A stretch of DNA of 64,000 nucleotides from Blastocatellia bacterium. GTDB lineage: Bacteria > Acidobacteriota > Blastocatellia > Pyrinomonadales > Pyrinomonadaceae. Below are positions 56,029 through 64,000 of this stretch, in pieces (within the stretch, counting starts at the first letter, position 1; every line of letters begins with the position of its first letter). The position numbers and the translations under genes were made by a program. Below the pieces are notes generated by a model. That model had not been told where the DNA came from, did no database searches, and saw nothing but the letters and a program-made list of their open reading frames with translations. The DNA lies in the NCBI GenBank assembly GCA_034665305.1, contig JAXDFZ010000010.1, positions 307,567 to 371,566 of the forward strand. The letters run 5' to 3'.

Positions 56029-57141
56029 ATGATTGTCGGATTACCTAAAGAGATTAAAGACAACGAATACCGTGTCGGCCTGACACCGGCCGGCGTGCGC
56101 GCTTTAACGGATGCCGGACACAAGGTCGTAGTTGAGCGTAGTGCGGGCGACGGATCCGGCTTCGCGGATAACCTTTACCAGCGGGCCGGGGCCACCATAC
56201 TCGAAACCGCCGATGATGTCTGGCAGCAGGGCGAAATGATCGTCAAGGTCAAAGAGCCGATTGCTCCCGAGTATCCGCGTATGCGCGAGGGCCAGTTGCT
56301 TTTTACTTACCTGCATCTGGCGCCTGACAACGAACTTACCAAGCAGTTAGTCGAACGCAAGGTCACCGGAATTGCTTACGAGACAATTACGGATCGTCGC
56401 GGAGCCTTGCCGTTACTCACCCCGATGTCTGAAGTTGCCGGCCGTATGGCGATCCAGGTGGGCGCGCATTATTTGGAAAAGATGAGCGGTGGCGGCGGCG
56501 TGCTGCTGGGCGGCGTTCCGGGCGTGCCGGCTGCACGCGTCGTGATTATCGGCGGCGGCGTCGTCGGAACCAACGCGGCCAAGATCGCTGTTGGCATGGG
56601 CGCTCACGTAACGATCATCGACAACAATCTCGATCGGCTGCGCGAGCTGGACGATATTTTTCTTTCCAAGATTTCTACACTCGCTTCCAACGCCTACATG
56701 ATTCAGGACGCGATCTCCACGGCTGACCTGATTGTCGGCGCTGTGCTTGTTCCTGGTGGCGCCGCGCCGAAACTGATAACGCGCGGTATGTTGAAAGAAG
56801 TTCCTCGCGGCGCGGTGATCGTCGACGTCGCAGTGGACCAGGGCGGTTGTATTGAGACCACGCACCCGACGACGCATTCGAACCCGACTTATTATGTCGA
56901 AGACGTGTTGCACTACTGCGTGGCGAACATGCCGGGAGCAGTGCCGCGCACCTCAACCTTCGCCCTGACCAACGCCACCTTGCCCTACGCTCTAAAACTC
57001 GCTAACAAAGGTTTCATCGAGGCGATCAACAGCGATTCGGGGTTGATGGAAGGCGTCAATACTTACGCCGGCAAATTGACCTACGAGGCCGTGGCCGGGG
57101 CGCAGAATCGCGAGTACACGCCGCTTAGTCAGCTTCTCTGA
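56029..57141 (+). CDS. ald: Alanine dehydrogenase
   Basis: 370 aa. [21 protein letters not shown]-terminus and the AlaDH NAD-binding domain ([13 protein letters not shown]). Confidence 0.9.
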   Translation: MIVGLPKEIKDNEYRVGLTPAGVRALTDAGHKVVVERSAGDGSGFADNLYQRAGATILETADDVWQQGEMIVKVKEPIAPEYPRMREGQLLFTYLHLAPDNELTKQLVERKVTGIAYETITDRRGALPLLTPMSEVAGRMAIQVGAHYLEKMSGGGGVLLGGVPGVPAARVVIIGGGVVGTNAAKIAVGMGAHVTIIDNNLDRLRELDDIFLSKISTLASNAYMIQDAISTADLIVGAVLVPGGAAPKLITRGMLKEVPRGAVIVDVAVDQGGCIETTHPTTHSNPTYYVEDVLHYCVANMPGAVPRTSTFALTNATLPYALKLANKGFIEAINSDSGLMEGVNTYAGKLTYEAVAGAQNREYTPLSQLL

Positions 57142-57240
57142 ATCCGAAAAACCTCATAGCAAAGAATCCGGTATTTCACGATTCGGCGTCACCCTGCGTG
57201 GCATTCGCTTTGTCGTCTTGCCAGCCTTACAATTTGGCAG

Positions 57241-57462
57241 ATGAGTGATTCCGAACTCATGACCGAACCCAGTTTGGAAACGATTCTGGATCGAATCAAT
57301 GCGGAAGGCGCGGTGATGCGTGCTAGCTTTGAGAAGATCGAGGACAGATTCCAGGTAATCGAAGAGCGCCTGGAGCGGATGGAGAAGCGGCTCGATGGGG
57401 TTCAAGGTGCCGTACTTGAAGTGTGGGCCGACCAGAGAGAATTTCGCGCGACTTTCAAATAG
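57241..57462 (+). CDS. Small coiled-coil hypothetical protein
   Basis: 73 aa. Heptad-like ERLERMEKRLDGVQ region. Stand-alone ORF with reasonable codon usage. Confidence 0.35.
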   Translation: MSDSELMTEPSLETILDRINAEGAVMRASFEKIEDRFQVIEERLERMEKRLDGVQGAVLEVWADQREFRATFK

Positions 57463-57476
57463 CCGAAGTTGAGTAC

Positions 57477-57923
57477 TTAGGCTTCCCTCTTCCTGGCTTC
57501 ATCGATCAACCGAGTCAGGTGAGTTATTAGTTCCTCCGGCTTCACCGGTTTAATGAGACAAAGGTCCGCGGCTTCCCTCGCTTGCGTCGAAGCAGCATTC
57601 CCGTCAAACGCGCTCAAGAGAATGATGGGCAGCGTCGCCAGCGTAGGGTGACTGCGCAGGAAGCGAACCAATTCCTGACCGCTCAATTGCGGCATGATGG
57701 CGTCGGTGACCACCGCGTCAACCGGTTGGGCCAGCGCAATTTTCATCGCCTCCAATCCATCCGCCGCACAAATCACTTCATAACCGGCGCGTTCCAAAAT
57801 GACTTGCAGAAAACGCCGCACGGCGCGATCGTCCTCCGCCAAAAGGACGCGCGCCTTTCCTCCCGTCGAAGCGCTCGCGGTCTCTGAGGTCGCCGAGTCT
57901 GGTTTTTCTGGGCTGTCGCTCAT
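57477..57923 (-). CDS. Single-domain response regulator (CheY-like receiver)
   Basis: VLLAEDD...D...K receiver motifs. 148 aa with no output domain. Confidence 0.85.
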   Translation of the reverse strand: MSDSPEKPDSATSETASASTGGKARVLLAEDDRAVRRFLQVILERAGYEVICAADGLEAMKIALAQPVDAVVTDAIMPQLSGQELVRFLRSHPTLATLPIILLSAFDGNAASTQAREAADLCLIKPVKPEELITHLTRLIDEARKREA

Positions 57924-58013
57924 GGATTGCGGTGTTTCTCGGCCGTCAAACTCGCAAGGTTAGGGTGCCGACAAATCGTTGTCAATAAAGCACCGGTGGC
58001 TAGTGCCCTGATT

Positions 58014-58083
58014 TGTAACGCAAACTGTTAATTGCGATGTTTAGTGACAATCAACGGGCGCGCAAACTAACTGTTTGCGTTAC
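58014..58083. repeat. Palindromic repeat family F, copy 2
   Basis: GTAACGCAAACTGTTAATTGCG ... CGCAAACTAACTGTTTGCGTTAC. It lies adjacent to a truncated family E copy. Confidence 0.65.
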
Positions 58084-58132
58084 GAAAACCAAACTAGGGC
58101 ACCAGGTACCGATGCAGCAATGCGTCAGTTTG

Positions 58133-58190
58133 AATCTCATAAGCACCGCACCTCAGTGCGGTGATCCAGGTAGGCCATATTGATTAACGG
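58133..58190. repeat. MITE-like repeat family E, copy 3 (left half only)
   Basis: AATCTCATAAGCACCGCACCTCAGTGCGGTGATCCAGGTAGGCCATATTGA. It lacks the right arm. Confidence 0.6.
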
Positions 58191-58350
58191 TATGGACCCT
58201 GTAAAGCTAAAGCGGGAGCACATGTGGCTTTGCTAGCGACCTGCTATACTACGCGGTTTGGATAGAAGCCCCGCGAGCTGCCTGTGCGAGCTGAGCACTA
58301 TCGAGCATTGAATGCGCGGCTGTTAGGACTTAGAAGGAACGCATCGATTT

Positions 58351-59754
58351 ATGTACGAGTTTGCTGTTACTCCGGCTGTAACTCAGATCCGCCGCCGCGG
58401 CGTGGAGATCGCGACCGTGGCTCCCGCTAGTCTGGCTGAAGAACTCGAGTTGCAGACCGGCGATCGGATCATGAGAGTCAACGGACGTCCGGTGCGTGAC
58501 TATCTGGATTTCCGCTTTCAGACCGGAGGCGAAACCGAACTCGTAGTCGACGTGCGAAAGGCCAACGGCGAAGACTGGGAATTGAATATTGAGCGCGCGG
58601 AAGACGAAGACTTTGGTCTGGGCTTTGAACAGATTGTACCGCGGCAGTGCGCCAACGAATGTCTGTTCTGCTTCTGCAAGGGAAATCCAGACGACGCGCG
58701 TCCCTCGCTTTTTATTCGCGACGAGGATGTGCGTCTTTCTTTCCTTTACGGAAATTACACCACCCTGAGTTCGATCACTGAGGAAGAAATGAATCGCGTG
58801 ATCGAACAGCGCCTCACGCCGCAATACGTGTCCGTTCACGCTACCGATGTTGAGGTGCGGGCCTACTTGCTTGGCGTCGACAAAGAGCGCGCGGACATCT
58901 CAACCAAAATGTCGCGGCTGATGGATGCGGGAATTGAGATTCATGCGCAAGTAGTTTTATGTCCGGAGATAAATGACGGCGCCGTCTTGCGCCGGACGAT
59001 CATGGACCTCGCCCCTTTTCACCCGCGGGTAAAGAGCGTGGCTATCGTACCGTTGGGGCTGACGCGCTATAACACCGATAAGCGCTTAACTGCGGTGACA
59101 CCGGATTTTTGCCGGCGCACGATTGCGGAGGTCGGCGAAGTTCAAAACGAACTACGCCAGAGTCTGGGAACGACGTTCGCCTTCCTGGGCGATGAGATCT
59201 ATTTGCGCGCTGGCCATGCGGTGCCGGCGCGCGCGCATTATGGCGAGTATCCGCAGATCGAGGATGGCGTTGGGATGGTGCGGTCTTTTGCCAATGAGTT
59301 TGAAAAGCTCATCCGCAAACTTGAACGCCAGGCGCCGGTGCAGCCGCACGCGGTGCATGGAACAATCATGACGGGAACTCTGTTCGCTCCCGTTCTGCGC
59401 CGCATGATCGATCGTTTGAACCGCAAGTTTGGCACCAGGTTGAGCGTGGTCGCAGTTGACAACCTCTACTTCGGCGGCGACGTTAGCGTCGCCGGCCTGG
59501 TAAGCGGGGGCGATCTGCTGGCGGCCCGTTCGTCCGTCGCCGGCGACTTCGTCATTATTCCGCGGACGATGCTGAAGAGTGATGAAGCTGTAATGCTTGA
59601 CGGGATGAAGCTGGAGGAAATTGAACAGCAGTTTGGGCTGCCGGTGAAGGCAGTCGATTTCAATTCGTTTTCCGCGTTGATTGCGGGAGCATCTTCCTTC
59701 AGCGTCGGCGCGCCCGCCCAGTCAACGCTTGCAGCGGCGAAGTTGAGTCTTTAG
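58351..59754 (+). CDS. DUF512-type radical-SAM-like protein with an N-terminal PDZ domain
   Basis: PDZ-like N-terminus (LQTGDRIMRVNGRPV), CANECLFC (CX3CX2C) cluster motif, and the DUF512 C-terminal region. Confidence 0.7.
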   Translation: MYEFAVTPAVTQIRRRGVEIATVAPASLAEELELQTGDRIMRVNGRPVRDYLDFRFQTGGETELVVDVRKANGEDWELNIERAEDEDFGLGFEQIVPRQCANECLFCFCKGNPDDARPSLFIRDEDVRLSFLYGNYTTLSSITEEEMNRVIEQRLTPQYVSVHATDVEVRAYLLGVDKERADISTKMSRLMDAGIEIHAQVVLCPEINDGAVLRRTIMDLAPFHPRVKSVAIVPLGLTRYNTDKRLTAVTPDFCRRTIAEVGEVQNELRQSLGTTFAFLGDEIYLRAGHAVPARAHYGEYPQIEDGVGMVRSFANEFEKLIRKLERQAPVQPHAVHGTIMTGTLFAPVLRRMIDRLNRKFGTRLSVVAVDNLYFGGDVSVAGLVSGGDLLAARSSVAGDFVIIPRTMLKSDEAVMLDGMKLEEIEQQFGLPVKAVDFNSFSALIAGASSFSVGAPAQSTLAAAKLSL

Positions 59755-59814
59755 AAACGCCTGGTCTGATTTTCTGCTTGCACGTACCGGAGTGGGTAAT
59801 AAATCATACCTGCT

Positions 59815-60399
59815 ATGTCGAACCAAATTCCCGCGGGCGACAAAAAAATTCTGGACGTGGGTTGCGGCCGCAACAAGTATCCGGGCGCGATCGGTTTAGA
59901 CTCTAATCCGCGCACCGCCGCCGATGTCATTCACGATCTCGGCGTCCTTCCCTATCCGTTTCCTGATAATGAATTCGACGAAGTAATTAGCCGCCATGTT
60001 ATTGAACATGTCCCGGATGTGATGGCTTTTGTTTCTGAACTTCACCGCGTAACCAAACCGGGCGGCGTGATTAAAATCGTAACTCCGCATTATTCAAATC
60101 CTGATTGGCCCACCGACCCGACGCACCGCAATCACTTCAACAGTTATTCCTTCACCTGCTTCATGCCGGACCGGACGCCGTTTCCGTTTTACACCGACGT
60201 CGTTTTGAAGCCGATCCGCACTTACGTTTCACTCGCCAACCTCTGGCGTGCGCTGGGCATCGAGGTTCTGGTTAACCTGGATCAGCGCTGGCCCGCCCTC
60301 CGTTTCACGCGAAAATTTTGGGAGTTCTACCTCTCAAATATTCTTCGTGGCAAAGAGCTGCGGTATGAATTGCAAGTGGTGAAGAGTCAGGTCAACTGA
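59815..60399 (+). CDS. Class I SAM-dependent methyltransferase
   Basis: ILDVGCGRNKYPGA motif I and a methyltransferase type 11 layout. 194 aa. Confidence 0.8.
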   Translation: MSNQIPAGDKKILDVGCGRNKYPGAIGLDSNPRTAADVIHDLGVLPYPFPDNEFDEVISRHVIEHVPDVMAFVSELHRVTKPGGVIKIVTPHYSNPDWPTDPTHRNHFNSYSFTCFMPDRTPFPFYTDVVLKPIRTYVSLANLWRALGIEVLVNLDQRWPALRFTRKFWEFYLSNILRGKELRYELQVVKSQVN

Positions 60400-60633
60400 A
60401 CCTCCTCAACTGCCTGCTAAACCGGTCTTTAACCGTGTCCATTTCCGGGATTTCCAGGAAAATGAAGAAGTTCGGTTTTTTGGATCGGTAACTTCTGCCG
60501 CAGACCTTGCTTTCGCAGAATTTTCAAGGAAAAAAGACGCCCGGCCATTGGAATAAGCCTTGCTTAACTTTAAGACTATCCCCAGACAGAAAAATGAATA
60601 GCTCGAGGTACGAAAACAAGAGGGAGAATTTCT

Positions 60634-63600
60634 ATGTCTAAAGTATTGCGAGTCCTGTTTTGCCTCATCCTGATCAGCGGCTTGGCCAATATCTGCCTGG
60701 CCCAGACATCCGACGGCACCATCAGAGGGACAGTGTCGGATGCCAATGGCGCCCTTGTTACCGGCGCCACCGTCGAAGCGCTAAACGACAACACTGGCGA
60801 TAAGCGCACTGCCACGACTGACGACAATGGCGCGTACTCGATTACTAATCTTCCGGTCGGCACTTACACCGTGACAGCCAACGCCACCGGCTTTGCGCCG
60901 GCGACTGCCAAGGTGAAAGTTTCCGTCGCCTTCACGACCGATATGCCACCGCTGGTGCTGGGTGTATCGGGTGCTACTGCTAACGTCACGGTTACCGCGG
61001 GTGACGCCGAGACTCAACTCAACACCACGGACCAGCAGCTCTCGACTCTCATTGATAATAAGAAGATGCTCGACCTGCCCTTGTTATCGCGCGATCCGAA
61101 TTCGCTGCTCTTGCTGGCGCCCGGAACGAACCAGTCTACGAGCCGGCTGGGGGGCGTGACTGTGAACGGCCAGCGTGAACGCAACAACAACTTTTTAGTT
61201 GATGGCATCGACAACAATGACACCGACGTTCCCGGCATCCTTGGCGGAGTTTCCACTCCCAGCCTGGATGCCACCGAAGAGTTCCGCGTCATCACCAACA
61301 ACTTCAATGCGGAGTACGGCCGTAACACCGGCGCCATCGTCAGTGTGGCGACGAAATACGGCACGAATGAGTTTCATGGCGGCGCTTACATTTACTATCG
61401 TTCCGACAGATTCGCCGCTCGCGATTTCTTCGACACCACCGGAGATGCCAATCCGCTTCAGCGGCGGCAGTTCGGCGGAAAGATTGGCGGCCCGATCGTC
61501 AAGGACCGCACCTTTTTCTTTTTCAACTATGACCGCGATGTCTTCGATCAGGGATTACAAGTCACTCGCGATGTTCCCTCGGCGCAAGCGCGTCTGGGAA
61601 TTTTCAATTTAACGTCACAGGGGCTGGGTGTCATAGACGCTCGCTCGGCCGGCGCGAACAATGCGTTTGGCTTCACGGTTAATCCTGAATTCACTGCGCT
61701 ACTTAACCGGCTCTATCCGTTGGGGAACTCTCCCGGCCAGGGCTTCCTGCCGGGTGTGTTTGATGCCTTCAGGTTCTCTACGCAGACGAACGATAAGCAA
61801 AATCAGATCTCGACGCGTCTGGACCACCGCATCAGCGATAAACATAGCCTGAAAGGCAGCTTCGCCTGGTCGGACGGGACTTTTGAGTTCTGTTGCGAGT
61901 CGTTTCCCGGGGCCAACGATGCGATCCTTAGTCCACAGACTACCTATCGCCTTTCGACGAGCCTGGTTTCGAACTTCACGCCTAACCTCGTCAATGAGTT
62001 TCGCTTTGGCGGCAATCGTCTCCGCTTAGTCTTCGCGGGTGAAGGCGACGGAGGGGTCTCTGCCGCGCGCAGCCAGGATGTGCTGACCGCGCTCGCGCGC
62101 TCGGGCGCACCGCATGAGGCGAATCCGTTTGGTGGAGTCAACGGTGGTCAGATTTTTCTCGGCATTGCGGGAATTACGGCGCCGACATCCGGCTTTGACA
62201 CGCAGTTCCGGACCACGGGCACGACCCATATTGGTGATTCGTTCACCTGGATTAGCGGCGGCCACAGCTTTAAGTTTGGCGGCGAATTCCGCTGGGTATA
62301 TTCAAACGGAGCCAGCAATTTCTTCCGTCAGGAAAATCTGAATTTTAACCTTCCAACCACTTTCGGTTTTCCGCTGCTGTTCACAAACAATCCTGTGAAC
62401 TTCGACGCGGACCCGAACAATGACGAGTTCGTGCCGCTTTCAGGGCAGCTCGCGACAGTGCAAAACTTTGCCAGCTTCCTCTACGGGTTGGTGGCCTCCC
62501 AATCACAGTCGCAATTCTTCAACAAGAATGGCGCGCGCACCGACGCGGATTACCGCGGTTATCGCCAGCGTGAGTTCGAAGTTTTCTGGCAGGACACCTG
62601 GAAAGTTAAGCCGAACCTAACCTTCAACTACGGTCTGCGTTACACCTGGAATGGCGTGCCCTATGAGGTGGATGGCCAGATGTCGAACCTGGTCGGAGCT
62701 GATCCCAGCGGACCGACCCCTGCTGGTGGTTTCCATTTCGAACTGGTGGGTAAAAACTCGGGAGGGCGCTACAACCTTTACGAGAATGATATGAACAACC
62801 TCGGCCCGCGCGTGGGATTCGCGTGGAGTCCGAACGCTACGGATGGTTGGTTGTCCTGGCTGACCGGTGGGCCGGAGAGGACCTCGATACGCGGTGGCTA
62901 CGGCATTTTCTATGACCGTGTGTTTGGTAACCTTTTCAGTAACTCCAGCGCTAATCCGCCGTTCCAACGTGATTTCTTCGAGTTCGTTGGTGACTTTGTT
63001 GATGCGATCCCGCGTCCGGCGACGCAGAATCCTTCGGCTTTTGTCCAGGACGATTCGTTTATCTTCCCGGTGCTTTTCCCGCTGCCGGGCAATAACCAGT
63101 TTCAAGAGAAGTTTGCGATGCCCATGACTCAGAGTTGGAACCTCGGAATCCAACGTCAGTTTAAGGGGGCCATGCTTTTTGAAGCTGACTATGTGGGTTC
63201 AGTGGGACAGAACCTGCTGGGCGCAGTCGATGGCAACATGACGAGCGTCACGCGCGTTAACGCGATCACCGGTGCGCACAACACCATCGATCCCAATGAC
63301 CCGATTGGCAACTACTTCAACGGCTCAAGAAACACCGCGTTCTTCCAGTCGAATCTAAATGTTTCGATTGGCCGCTCCAGCTACCACGCGGGGCAATTTC
63401 GCTTCACCAAGAGTCTGAACCAAGGCAGATTTGGTCGAGGCCAGTTTCAGGCGGCTTACACGCTGGCCCATTCGATGGACAATGCAGCCGATCCCATCGA
63501 CACGCAACAAGGGGAACGCAGCTTCCCGCGCGATTCGTCGGGGTTTGTAGGTGGACTCGGCGTGGAGCGGGGTAACTCCGGCTTCGACGTGCGTCACCGT

Positions 63601-64000
63601 TTCGTAGGCAACATGACTTATGAGCTGCCTTTCCACCCACACAACCGTTGGGCGAAGGCGGCACTCGGTAACTGGACGATGTCCGGGATCTGGATCTACC
63701 AGACGGGCAGCCCGTACAGCATTTTTGGATTTACCGATAGCGCCGGCACCGCTTTAGGCCAGCGTGGTGATTACGCTACGCCAGGCAACGGCCTTCCCGC
63801 CGTCAGTAACACCGATACGCGAACCCAAACCGGCCCGTCGCGGCAACTGTTCGACAGTCCGTGTCCTGCGGGCGACCCGGGATGCCTGGGAACTATTAGC
63901 GGCATCGGCCGTCAGGGTACGACCGCACGTAATTCGTTCTATGGACCGAAGTACAACAACATAGATTTCTCGCTCTTCAAACGTTTTCCGTTTGGTGGCG
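60634..64000 (+). CDS. TonB-dependent receptor-like outer membrane protein with an N-terminal carboxypeptidase-regulatory-like domain. The 3' end lies beyond the window.
   Basis: RBS AGGGAGA 7 nt upstream of the ATG. Signal peptide (VLRVLFCLILISGLANICLAQ). TSDGTIRGTVSDANGALVTGATVEA...TDDNGAYSITNLPVGTYTV is the CarbopepD_reg-like domain typical of Acidobacteria outer-membrane proteins. The frame is open to the window end (1122 codons). Confidence 0.85.
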   Translation, partial: MSKVLRVLFCLILISGLANICLAQTSDGTIRGTVSDANGALVTGATVEALNDNTGDKRTATTDDNGAYSITNLPVGTYTVTANATGFAPATAKVKVSVAFTTDMPPLVLGVSGATANVTVTAGDAETQLNTTDQQLSTLIDNKKMLDLPLLSRDPNSLLLLAPGTNQSTSRLGGVTVNGQRERNNNFLVDGIDNNDTDVPGILGGVSTPSLDATEEFRVITNNFNAEYGRNTGAIVSVATKYGTNEFHGGAYIYYRSDRFAARDFFDTTGDANPLQRRQFGGKIGGPIVKDRTFFFFNYDRDVFDQGLQVTRDVPSAQARLGIFNLTSQGLGVIDARSAGANNAFGFTVNPEFTALLNRLYPLGNSPGQGFLPGVFDAFRFSTQTNDKQNQISTRLDHRISDKHSLKGSFAWSDGTFEFCCESFPGANDAILSPQTTYRLSTSLVSNFTPNLVNEFRFGGNRLRLVFAGEGDGGVSAARSQDVLTALARSGAPHEANPFGGVNGGQIFLGIAGITAPTSGFDTQFRTTGTTHIGDSFTWISGGHSFKFGGEFRWVYSNGASNFFRQENLNFNLPTTFGFPLLFTNNPVNFDADPNNDEFVPLSGQLATVQNFASFLYGLVASQSQSQFFNKNGARTDADYRGYRQREFEVFWQDTWKVKPNLTFNYGLRYTWNGVPYEVDGQMSNLVGADPSGPTPAGGFHFELVGKNSGGRYNLYENDMNNLGPRVGFAWSPNATDGWLSWLTGGPERTSIRGGYGIFYDRVFGNLFSNSSANPPFQRDFFEFVGDFVDAIPRPATQNPSAFVQDDSFIFPVLFPLPGNNQFQEKFAMPMTQSWNLGIQRQFKGAMLFEADYVGSVGQNLLGAVDGNMTSVTRVNAITGAHNTIDPNDPIGNYFNGSRNTAFFQSNLNVSIGRSSYHAGQFRFTKSLNQGRFGRGQFQAAYTLAHSMDNAADPIDTQQGERSFPRDSSGFVGGLGVERGNSGFDVRHRFVGNMTYELPFHPHNRWAKAALGNWTMSGIWIYQTGSPYSIFGFTDSAGTALGQRGDYATPGNGLPAVSNTDTRTQTGPSRQLFDSPCPAGDPGCLGTISGIGRQGTTARNSFYGPKYNNIDFSLFKRFPFGG

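Noticed and set aside
58330-58839. 169-aa minus ORF
   Set aside because: Antisense to the DUF512 gene.
1-64000. CRISPR arrays, tRNA or rRNA genes, transposases or integrases
   Set aside because: The many repeats are irregularly spaced palindromes, not repeat-spacer arrays. No tRNA-like T-arm (GTTCGAATC or GTTCAAATC) was seen. No transposase or integrase ORF is present.

Overview
This is a GC-rich, gene-dense chromosomal segment. It is probably Acidobacteriota, inferred from the carboxypeptidase-regulatory-like TonB-dependent receptor at the 3' end and the overall style. I call about 50 protein-coding genes on both strands and no rRNA, tRNA or CRISPR array.

The left third holds a beta-oxidation-like set: a short-chain dehydrogenase/reductase (SDR), a RidA-family protein, two enoyl-CoA hydratases and an acyl-CoA dehydrogenase. 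It then runs into a tryptophan to anthranilate to 2-aminobenzoyl-CoA catabolic cluster: an amino acid permease, an aminotransferase, a 2-aminobenzoyl-CoA monooxygenase/reductase-like gene, kynureninase, tryptophan 2,3-dioxygenase and an aryl-CoA ligase. The middle carries c-di-GMP and two-component signalling genes: an HD-GYP plus GGDEF membrane protein, a receiver-histidine kinase hybrid, a sigma-54 activator, and a PilZ protein. Also here are a PqqD-like protein with a cysteine-rich tail, transporters of the MFS, OPT and DMT families, and a flotillin-like protein. The right half is housekeeping: ribF, mazG, queG, glpK, glpD, rsmI, purM, purF, ald, an HtrA protease and an aldehyde dehydrogenase.

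The most unusual locus is 7730-11520. There the FAD-monooxygenase half of the bifunctional aminobenzoyl-CoA monooxygenase/reductase-like gene is fused in frame to an intein-like Hint domain that encloses a DUF559 (Vsr-like) endonuclease. A GC-rich triple-palindrome repeat sits in frame inside that element. The Old Yellow Enzyme (OYE, NADH:flavin oxidoreductase) reductase half lies on the opposite strand, bounded by a second copy of the same repeat.

The window is also littered with at least eight families of short palindromic REP- or MITE-like repeats at gene boundaries. I found no transposase or integrase.
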